From Bugula neritina (Eukaryota > Animalia > Bryozoa): 64,000 bases of DNA. The stretch lies in NCBI GenBank assembly GCA_964035545.1, contig OZ037766.1:24420126-24484125 (forward strand). Direction: 5' to 3'. The translations under genes were made by a program, and so were the position numbers. Shown here piece by piece: positions 13,090 to 24,400 of this stretch; position 1 is the stretch's first letter, and each line of letters begins with the position of its first letter. The notes under the pieces were generated by a model. That model was not told the origin of the DNA, searched no databases, and was given only the letters and a program-made list of their open reading frames with translations.

Positions 13090-13305
13090 CAACAACTTCT
13101 TCATACAGGCTAGAACCCATGACAAGGGTTTTTACGTGGGCTAAGGAGCGTATCTCTAATAATGCTGGTCACATGATTTGAGGTACTTTTGCCGTGACAT
13201 ATGAGCAATTATTAAGTGCTTTTGCTGACCGCAAATGGATGGGACATAGACCCATGACCTGCCTCATACGACACCAGCACTTTAACTACTAGACCACTAA
13301 CCCCA
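13090..13305 (-). mobile_element. Degenerate tRNA-derived SINE
   Basis: Minus-strand head GGGGTTAGTGGTCTAGTAGTTAAAGTGCTGG...GGTCATGGGTCTATGTCCC. It shares the internal ATAATTGCTC motif with the SINEs at 47598 and 50691. Boundaries are approximate. Confidence 0.5.
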
Positions 13306-15129
13306 CTGCTAGTATAACTACCAATAGCAAAATATAATGATGATAAAAGGCCTCAATGACAAGCATCTACTTCCACGGTAAATCATAACTGTAAGCATAA
13401 AATCAAGTTTCACTGTGAGATTAAAGACTTGGCCAAAATTCGAACTGTGAATAAAAGTAAATCACTAATGCGGCAATGCCTATATCACCATCACCATCAG
13501 TTTCCCGATACTCACATTGGTGGTCATAACACATACCCATAGTGACAGTTACTAAAACTAAAAGAAAAACTAAAAGCATGTTTTAAAATATTCAAGTGTT
13601 GAAACATTAAATGAGCAGCACATTGAAATTGGGTTTGATTATAAGACCTGACAATTACCTTGTGGAAGAACTTTAACCTAACACCAATACCCTAGGTCTA
13701 CGATCAAAAATAAAAAGTAACAGCAACACAGTTGAACACCCAACTCTAAGTCTATGTCTGGAGATAAGCTAAAGCTAATACAATATTGGTATGACCAAAA
13801 GTACGAGTATTACAGTTACTAATATTAGTATAAGTATAAAAGTATTTCTAATCGTAGTACCAATACTTATACTCATTATTTATTAAGCTTACCTAAAAAT
13901 TGAAAATATGTATATTAGTAAATCTAATAGTATTACAAATACTATTAGATTTACTACAGCCACAAGTGTTAGTATTGCTACTACTAATAAGTATTACTAA
14001 TAAGGAACAAATAGTAATAGTAATACTAATTAATTAGGTAATACTTACTTACACTAATATGTATACTGGTATAGTTATATTCATTTTACTAATAATAACA
14101 GTGATATTTTTAGTATTAATAGCTATTTATTTTCAAGTAATTAAATTCACATTGAGTTTGATATTTAATAACTACACTTACATTGACACTGATCTTATTT
14201 CATAGGGCCTTGAAATTTTCTTTTTGACTTTTGTTTACAACTTTATTTTATAAAAGAATAAACTTTTTCAACTTTCTTATCCTTTACTTTAACTTTTAGT
14301 TTTACAAAATCAAAATCACTAAATGTTGCTAGTGTTAGTGGCAGGGCTACTAGGCCTAGTGGCAGTGCTACTAGTGCTACTCAGTTTTTATAATATTAAT
14401 AGCAAATTGAAATTCCATAATGATAATCATAATCTGATAATCATAAAGTAAAAGTCAAACTGAAACTTAAATCTAAAGGTGAAAGTTCAACTTCAAGTAG
14501 AACTAGAAGTAGAACAAATTTTGTCACTAAATCTAATTTATATTTATATAATTATATACTAATGGTAATACTTAATTCTATTTTATTTAATTATCAAAAT
14601 AAATTTATAATACTTAATATTATATATCACCATCGATATGATGATATATGATTATATCAAATTCAATATGAATATGTTGAACTTAAACTTGATGTTTGCA
14701 TAGTCATACTGATAGTGATACTCATATTGATATTCATATTGATAATCATAATGATAATCATAATCATAATGATAATCATAATGACTAACTCTTACTCTAA
14801 GTCTAATGTCAATGATATTGCATTTGATATGCCTATCACTATGACTATGAGTATGACTATGGCCTATAATATTAATTCCTCACTTTAAGTTTAAGTTTGA
14901 GACTGAGCTAGATTGAAATATTAAACTTAGTGTAAATATTAAATATATTAATATTAATATAATGATATTGATATTCATATTGACATCGCTGTTTCATGAA
15001 AATGGTGTAACTATTGTACTTGCAGTAAAATTACCACCAGTAATATAACAATTAGCTGAAAATTTTATTCATGTTTGCCTGAGAGTGATGCAATCACGCA
15101 CTTCAAGTGTATTCTAGAACAATAATTTT

Positions 15130-15437
15130 TTGTAACCTGCAGCAAAAGCATTAGCCTATATAGTATATAGGCATTTTCAAAACCCCGATGGCTACGATAG
15201 TAGCCCATTTCTAAGGACTGAGCATGCGTTAGCTATAATCCATCCTAAAGCCCTGTATGGCTTTAGTACATCCGTTTAGAAAAAACTGTCCAGCTTAAAC
15301 TGAAACTTGTCTTAGGAAAACCCACAGCAATTCAAAACAATTCTCTAGAGAGCCATTACATGAATATTTTTAGCTTGTAGTTGTTACACAGGTTATATTC
15401 CTTTACCCCAGTTAAGCTTGGAGTGCACTATTGTATT
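15130..15437. promoter_or_regulatory. Probable shared (bidirectional) promoter region for head-to-head EDF1 and BAG6
   Basis: The genes are divergent, and this short patch of more normal composition with several CpGs lies between two very AT-rich periodic blocks, just upstream of the BAG6 ATG. TSS positions are inferred, not observed. Confidence 0.4.
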
Positions 15438-18400
15438 ATGTTTGAAGTCAAAGTTAAAACTTTAGATGGGAAAAATGTCAGTTTTTCTGTGGAGGATGAG
15501 GTAAAGCTTCATTTAAAATTATAACTAGAATGAAATGGAAGCGACAAAATAAGACTTAAAAGTGAAATTATACGAAATGTTGCTAGAATTCCTAATTCAA
15601 TTTTAAGTATTTTATTGTGCATGCACAACATTATTATAAAATTGAAATTAAATAGAATTACTATTACTATTAGTATTACTATTAGATTGGTAATGATAGA
15701 AAATCACTCAAAACATAAAATTAACTTAAACATTAGGCACTAATACTAACTGATATAAATAAAATATTATAATATTAAGAATCTTTATTGGTAAAATATT
15801 GTAATAAATGTAGTTATAAATTTTATATAATAATTGAATTTTGTATTAGTAATACTAGTAGTAGTACTACTAGTAGTACTACTAGTAGTACCAGTAATAA
15901 TAACAAATTTAATAAAATAAAATGTTAGTCTTCGTCTAAGTTATATATAAATATAATATATTATAGTGGTACTTTATGAGTTTACTTGTTTATGAGTAGC
16001 ACTAACAGTTGTAATCATAATCATAACATTTATTTTTAATTACTATTACTATTAGCATTATATTTAAAATAAATTGAAATATAGGCTACAGCTACACTGA
16101 CAATACACTTCTCACTCTCGGTAAAATTGGCTGGCACTAGTCAGTAGTATTTTTAGTGCGTATAGACATAATTATAATCGATTATTAGGTATATTACATA
16201 AGCAATGGTACTATTGTTGGATGCACTATCTATAGATAATAGATATATTATACTCATACTAAACATAGTATAGTATGGTATGGTACTGGGCAGTGGTCAA
16301 TATTTGCTGTAGCGTAAAAGGTGCATAATAGTAATGCTAATAATTAATATCATTCATTTTCATTATTACTACTGCATAAAAAATTTGAGTTATAATATAA
16401 TGTATTATTACATTTAGTACTGCTATGTTTTAATCAGGTTTACATTATGGTAGATAGATCAATTTAATTATGTTGTGTACAGTAATATTGTTTCAATGAT
16501 TATTTGTAATAACTTGAAATATATATTTTATTAGATCACTGTAGCAGATTTCAAGGCCAAGATTAGCTCAAGCATTGTAAGTAGTTCACTCTTCTGTAGC
16601 TACTGCAGTAAACTGTCCATTTGCTTACAAATGTCAACATATGTGTGTCACTTCGTCAATTTTACTAATTTTGCATTGTGTTTTTGTAGAATGTCGAACC
16701 AGAAAGGCAGCGGTTAATATTCAGTGGCAAAGTATTGCATAATAGCCGGCAGCTCAAGAGCTATGGTAATTATTTCGTTTTCGCACTGCGTTTTGTTCAA
16801 CTGTGATTGTGTTAGGAATTCAGTTTGTGAGGTGTTGGTAACTGTAAACTTAATGTGTGTTGTAGATGTAGCTGACAAAGTTGTACATGTGGTCACTAGC
16901 AGTCCCCCTAGTGCCAGTGCTCAGGGTGGCACTGCAACCCCCGTCACCTCATCAGAGCCGAGGAGAAACACCAACAGACCTACAGTATCCATGTCAACAG
17001 TTCCATCAAACATGCTGGGGGACGTCATGAATAACGTTATGTCAGGGTTGCCAGGTTAATTCAGTCGACTATGCTGTTGTATATTTGTTTATCAGAGTTA
17101 AGGTTCACTTGTACCTTTCACGATTTTTAGTCACAAATTCAATTTGACTGAGTTGAAGTTTCGCCAAGTTGCCATGCATTGTAGTAGCCATTCATCAAAC
17201 TTATGGTCTAGTGATGACTTTCTTGGCCGATATCGGAACAATAGTCAAAAAAATGATAAACCCTTGTTATTATTTCATTGGTTGGATGACTGACTTGAAT
17301 AATGTATAAATGGTAACTGTTTTTTATACTTGCAAGGTTCTACATCAATAACATGAGAACTATTTTACTGGTAGTTCAATACATCTTTCTATGTAGTAAT
17401 TGTTTTAATTCTAATTCATGCTGAGGTATATGTTAAATATAGAATAATATACTTTTTTCAAGCATTGAAGATTTCAATCGCGGCGTCTTTTATTTTGGGT
17501 GATTAAATATGAAAGTGTTTACGTTTTTATTTACGTTTAGTTTATTATTACGTGATGAATTGTGATAAAAATTCATTATGCATGTGCGCTGTGTAGGTGA
17601 TGCCATGGTTCACCATTTTGATGTTAGAAGAGCGAACAACCCTCAGTCATCACCCCATACGGAGTCAGGCAGGAGAGTTGTCCTCATCAGACAGTGGATT
17701 AGGGACTGCCATTCTTTACTAGACAGAGTAGAGGTGAGTTATTCTTTACTAGACAGAGTAGAGGTGAGTCATTCTTTACTAGACAGAGTAGAGGTGAGTC
17801 ATTCTTTACTAGACAGAGTAGAGGTGAGCCATTCTTTACTAGACAGAGTAGAGCTGAGTCATTCTTTACTAGACAGAGTAGAGGTGAGTCATTCTTTACT
17901 AGACAGAGTAGAGGTGAGTCATTCTTTACTAGACAGACTAGAGGTGAGTAATTCTTTACTAGACAGAGTAGAGGTGAGTCATTCTTTACTAGACAGAGTA
18001 GAGGTGAGTCATTCTTTACTAGACAGAGTAGAGCTGAGTCATTCTTTACTAGACAGAGTAGAGGTGAGTCATTCTTTACTAGACAGAGTAGAGGTGAGTC
18101 ATTCTTTACTAGACAGACTAGAGGTGAGTAATTCTTTACTAGACAGAGTAGAGGTGAGTCATTCTTTACTAGACAGAGTAGAGGTGAGTAATTCTTTACT
18201 AGACAGAGTAGATGTGAGTTATTCTTTACTAGACAGAGTATAGGTGAGTCATTCTTTACTAGACAGAGTAGAGGTGAGTAATTCTTTACTAGACAGAGTA
18301 GAGGTGAGCCATTCTTTACTAGACAGAGTAGAGGTGAGTTATTCTTTACTAGACAGAGTAGAGGTGAGTCATTCTTTACTAGACAGAGTAGAGGTGAGTC

Positions 18401-21400
18401 ATTCTTTACTAGACAGAGTAGAGGTGAGCCATTCTTTACTAGACAGAGTAGAGCTGAGTCATTCTTTACTAGACAGAGTAGAGGTGAGTCATTCTTTACT
18501 AGACAGAGTAGAGGTGAGTCATTCTTTACTAGACAGACTAGAGGTGAGTAATTCTTTACTAGACAGAGTAGAGGTGAGTCATTCTTTACTAGACAGAGTA
18601 GAGGTGAGTCATTCTTTACTAGACAGAGTAGAGCTGAGTCATTCTTTACTAGACAGAGTAGAGGTGAGTTATTCTTTACTAGACAGAGTAGATGTGAGTT
18701 ATTCTTTACTAGACAGAGTATAGGTGAGTCATTCTTTACTAGACAGAGTAGAGGTGAGTCACTCTTTACTAGACAGAGTAGATGTGAGTTATTCTTTACT
18801 AGACAGGGTAGAGGTGAGTCACTCTTTACTAGACAGAGTATAGGTAAGCCATTTTTTACTAGACACAGTAGAGGTGAGCCATTTTTTACTAGACAGAGTA
18901 GAGGCGAGCCATTTTTTACTAGACACAGTAGAGGTGAGTTATTCTTTACTAGACAGAGTAGATGTGAGTTATTCTTTACTAGACAGAGTAGAGGTGAGTC
19001 ACTCTTTACTAGACAGAGTATAGGTGAGCCATTTTTTACTAGACACAGTAGAGGTGAGCCATTTTTTACTAGACAGAGTAGAGGCGAGCCATTTTTTACT
19101 AGACAGAGTATAGGCGAGCCATTTTTTACTAGACAGAGTATAGGCGAGCCATTTTTTACTAGACACAGTAGAGGTGAGTTATTCTTTACTAGACAGAGTA
19201 GAGGTGAATCATTCTTTATTAGACAGACTAGAGGTGAGTCATTTTTTACAATACCTAATCAAACATGGATAAAAATATACGGAATGTTCAAGGATTTCTT
19301 TCTCTATAAATATCATTCATTGCTGTCTATGCTATTTATATAATTTTGTACTGTTCCAAATTGTTCGATCTGCGGAATAGTGCTCTTACAACGCTTTTGT
19401 TTCATGCCCATATTATCTGTACATGTATATTGTATTATCTGTACATGAATATTGTATTATCTGTACATGTATATTGTATTATCTGTACATGTATATTGTA
19501 TTATCTGTACATGAATATTGTATTATCTGTACATGTATATTGTATTATCTATACATGTATATTGTATTATCTGTACATGTATATTGTATTATCTGTACAT
19601 GTATATTGTATTTCTATTAGCATCCGGCAATGGGAAACAGATTCTCTGCGGACACACAGACAGCCGAGGCAAGAGCTGCTTCCATTGTGTTTCCTCACGT
19701 TGCTGGAGAAGCAATATCCGTCTCAGTAACAGCCTCTAATGTCCCTCGTACAGGGTCACAATCAGCGTCTAACAGAAACCAATCGCAACCCTCAACCAGC
19801 CCCAGCATGGCCACTTCCAACCAATCTCATTCAACTACGCGTCCCAATGCAACTGCCCCTAACCAATCACAAGTCGGGAGTCCCGGTCGTGGGGCGTCAG
19901 GTCAGAGGTCGCAGCCCGCCGAAAGTGTGGTCAGCACTCCACCAATGTAAATATATAAGTTGTATCGTTGTATGCATCACTTAGTATTTGATTATCTCCA
20001 GCAGACTCCTGAAAATTTCTGCGCAATTTTGTAGAAATCCAACAGTTGAAGTACTTCATTCGTTGTGGGCAGAAGTGGAGGCCCTCCAGAGCAGGCTCAG
20101 AGCCAGGATGGAACCATACAGAGCCATGTTGACAAACGTAAGATCTTTTAGTATCAGGTTGAGTTTGGAGTCGGCAAATGCCCTTCCCACTTATTAAATA
20201 TTTATGTGGGACATAAGATCATCATTTCAATTAAGTGCTAGAAATTTATGAAAAATTGCTGTGATAACAGCATTGTGTATGAGAATGATTGTTTCATTTT
20301 TGTTTAATCTATACTGTTTTCATGGTAACACCTTCTTTTTGTTTTGTAGCCAGCAGGTGGTTGCACAAGGCACAATCAGCACTTGTTTGATGTCATCAGC
20401 TCCGTGACCCACACCATGTCGCACATTTACCATGCCATCAGCGACTTCAACTGTGATTTCAGACCTCAGTCTAACAGAGAGCTGACAGCCCCGGCAGCAC
20501 CTGCACCACCCCCCACAGCTATAATCCAGCAGACTATACCAGTCACCATACCTCTTAGAGTAAGCCGGGTAAATTTACCTCATTAGTGAAGGCCCTAGCA
20601 TCATGCATACCTTTTATCCTTCATTATTATTATACTCTCAATCACACCTAATGGTGGTAATAAAACAAAGTATAATTATAGTTTCATTTAGTTTTTATCT
20701 CAAGTACGATTGTTGCAAAGTTGGGATACAGTGTGGCGGTTCTTATTGTAATATGATATAATTCCTATATACCACATCGCTCTGCGTGATCAATATCTAC
20801 AACCATGGGGTGTCTTATCTCTAATTCTGATAGAAACATGACGATATTTTTAGACAAAATATATTTCTAATAAGAACTGTCGCACTGTATCCCAACTTTT
20901 CAACAACGATTTTGGCCGTTTACTTGACATACTTGATGTACATGCTCGTTAACTTGATCGTGTCTAGGCAACTGTGAACATGAGCCCCAGGACGGCAAGG
21001 CGCCCTGTCTCTGAGATGACCAGCTCAACTACGAGTACTGTCACAAGCAGCGCTGCCAGATCTGCTGCTACTCCACGTCCTCAGAGTGCTGACGGGTCCG
21101 CAGCCAGCAGAGGGGTTTATGCCGACATAGAGCTGGACATGGAAAGTATGTATTTTGTGGGTGGATTTATTGGGTTATATGTGTATGGTGTGGATCCATA
21201 AGCATTCTAATTAAATCACTCTTGAAAAAGCAGTAGTTTGACTTGTCTTTTCAGACTATGCTATTTATTTACAGTTTCCCATTTTACGTGCTGTTGCTGT
21301 GCATGTATTTTTTTGGTGCAAATTGTTACAGCTAGCTGGTTGGTTTAATGTGTTTCATTGGGGACGTCATTATTTGTTTGCTAACAGTGGCCATACAACG

Positions 21401-24400
21401 GATCAGATCTAAAATTTAAATCATCCATTAGTTGATTTGCTATGAATGAAGTTCTCAGTCACTTAAAGAAGTGATTTTATTTTATTTATTTATTTTATAA
21501 ATCAAGCTGAGTCATTCTAGCTTTGCAATTGAATTAGTAATAAAAACTAGTGGCGAAACAGGCACAAACCTTGGCCCAGGTGAAGTGCAGTCCTCAAGCC
21601 CAGTCTAGTACAAGAAAAAACTTTATAAGAAACATTCTTGATATTCTATCGCAGCAAATCATTTCCATGTCATTCTAGCTGATAGTGGAGAAGACATATC
21701 TGAAGATGTTGGTGTTCCACTACCACCCCCCTCCAGCAATACTCAGCCCTCTGCCCTCCCACCTGACCCTCAGAGACCATTCAACATCTCCCAGATCATT
21801 CAGGATGCCTTTTCCAACATAGCTGGCACAGGTAACCAGAAATGTTTTCCCTGGTGGTATGAGTGTGTATTAAATTGTCAACTACATTTGTTTTTCATTT
21901 ATGGCCTATTCACACTACAACTATAAATGAGCAACGAGGGCATCTCTCAATAGCACTCGTTGTTTGCTGTAGTGTGAGCAGACTATTAAATTGTCAAATA
22001 TCTAGCTAAATGTTAGCAGTTTCTGTTGTAACATCATTTTTACTTCAAGTTGTTTGTTTGGTTTTGTGCATTTGAAAATTATACATGATGACATAATGCA
22101 TTTTCATACTTCATAGCTGCCTCTATTTCCACTTCTACATCAACACCTGCATCATCAACTGCCACAGCTTTTCCAACTGGTACATTCGGTCAGTTTGTTC
22201 CCCCACCTGGCTCCGCTACTCCAGCCAATGGCCCTGTACTCTCTTCAGCTGCACCCAGGAACCCAGCTGCTGACCAGGAAGGTGTTCCAGGTCTCCCTCC
22301 TGGTTTCCCTATCAACCCTGGTACTTTCTAAACCTTATATTTGCTGTGCAATAGTCAATCTCATATACACATACGCATAGCATCATTATGTGTTATGATG
22401 TGTAGTATGACATATTAGTATCAGATATGCAATCTTATTTGATGGCAAATATTGTCTGCATATAATTTCTTCCAGTGAAATGATGAAATATAATATTTTA
22501 GTATATATTTATTGCCTCAAATTATATATTATGACTTATTTTAATTAACTAAACTCTTCAGAATTGAAGATATTTTAATAATAGCTATAGCGACTTTTTC
22601 TATTTCCAAGTTTATTTTGTGGTATTTCATAACCATGGAACATGACGTCTTTTTTGTTTTGCTAATAAATCATTGATTATTTATCTTGATCATCAAATTA
22701 TGGAAATAATCAGTTGTTTTTTTAATTTTCTTTGATGATTTGCGATAGCTGATATTCATATATTATCATCATCGACATTATTTTATTTCAACAATACAAT
22801 ATAGCCTAAGGTTACATCCTGTTTCCATACTTGTAGCTCAGTTTGCCCCGAGGGACAGGATAGACCCTTACTTATCTATCTGTGCATCAAGGCACTGGGT
22901 CACCTCTACTAACACCTCCCTCCCTAACCAGCCTACAGGTACTCAGTCTAGGACCACCACCAGGGTTACTACTTCTACCACCAGCCGTTCTAGTTCAGTA
23001 GCTCCTCCCAGCAGCAGGTAAGTATCAGTGCTGCGGCTATCAACTTACTAACTTGGCTAACATAGTTCAAAACCGTAGCTTATAAAACATTCAGCTGTAG
23101 TAAAGCTGTCAGCTGGTCCAAATAGTGTAGATATGGCATGATGTAATACAGAAAGATATTTCTAGAGAATAATAGGCTAGAAGATATTCTTTTCATTCTT
23201 ATTTGTTTAGAGCTTCACTGAATTCCAATTTCTGCTTAGCTGTTTTCTTAAACCAAGTTTAAAATGTTGTTGTTGGCCATCTAACTGTTCTTGTTGATGG
23301 ATAGATGATCATATCTTGGAATGAAGGGGTAAAGTTTATGATGTCCCATTGTTAGTTGTTACAGCTGTTCATGTTTAGCTTATTATACTTGATTACCAGG
23401 TCACCTGCAGCCACTTCTAGAGCCAACCCTCAGTCCGGCAGCAACACATCAGATTCTGCTGCAAATAATTCTGGTGTAAGTATTTGTTTTCCTAAACACG
23501 TTTACCTAGCTTTTCATACTTTTGTTATTTAAGTTTAGTTGAGTTTAATGCATATCACCCCTGTATACCTATCAACTTATGTCTTGCCTACCATTTGAGT
23601 AATCTTAGAACTTTAAATGGTTTTGCACCTGTGGGCATAGTGCTTCACTTCTGATTTAATGAATTCTCTTCTCTCTATGTTACTAATACTAAACTGTGTG
23701 CAGTCTATTTCATTGTCATTTACTTTGACCAATCAGAGCACAGCAGCTGATGGCAGGAGACAGTCTTCGTCAGCAAGTCAAACAGTTTCCGTGGAAAGGA
23801 GAAACTTTTTTGGAGAAATCAACAATTTACTAACCGCCGCTCTGCACCACTATGTAAGTTAGGGTTGGTTGGGAGTACGAGGTTGCCTGCGGTATTGTCT
23901 CTGAGTATAAATATTTTTCTACATGTTTGTTTCCGGCTCGTATTGCGACTGGAAAACCAGTTAGACATGTTTTTATCAATAATTATATTTTCATACTTTT
24001 ATTTGTTAAAAATTGGAAACAGTTCTCATAATTCAAAAAGTAAGTGATTAAAGTCAAAGCTTGTTTATTAATCAGATTAAAGTAAATTTTGATTGGGTTA
24101 CCATGTAGTCTGATGTGGGAGATTAGACTTTAAATGATCTTTACACAAACTGCCAGTGGTAATAGTAGAACTGTAAGTAAGAAAAAGAGTAAGTAATGAG
24201 TACGAGATATCTACATCTGTTACGGCTGTGTGTTTGATAAAGCATTGCTGCTGTAGGAACATTCAGCCTCTCAGACTAGGCGTCTCCTTCCCAGACTACA
24301 GGATATGTGTGACAGAGCTGCCAACTCCCACCGCCCTTTCACCAACTTAGCTGAGTTAGACAGAAGTGTTAGTGATGCTCTTGCTGGGGGGTCTGTACAA

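Noticed and set aside
17211-17293. C/D-box snoRNA candidate in BAG6 intron 4 (GTGATGA...CTGA)
   Set aside because: No terminal stem and no convincing rRNA-complementary guide; such boxes arise by chance.
17578-18723. 221-aa and 159-aa ORFs of VSHSLLDRVE repeats as a standalone repeat protein, or the array as a CRISPR
   Set aside because: The ORFs are read-through of BAG6 exon 5 into an intronic minisatellite. Units are contiguous with no unique spacers and there are no cas genes.
19346-19739. Cys/Tyr-rich ORFs (also 24702-24932)
   Set aside because: Translations of the 22-bp and 21-bp intronic minisatellites.
21521-21610. Extra BAG6 cassette exon
   Set aside because: The candidate acceptor/donor pairs I tried give stops or phases incompatible with the flanking phase-1 junctions.
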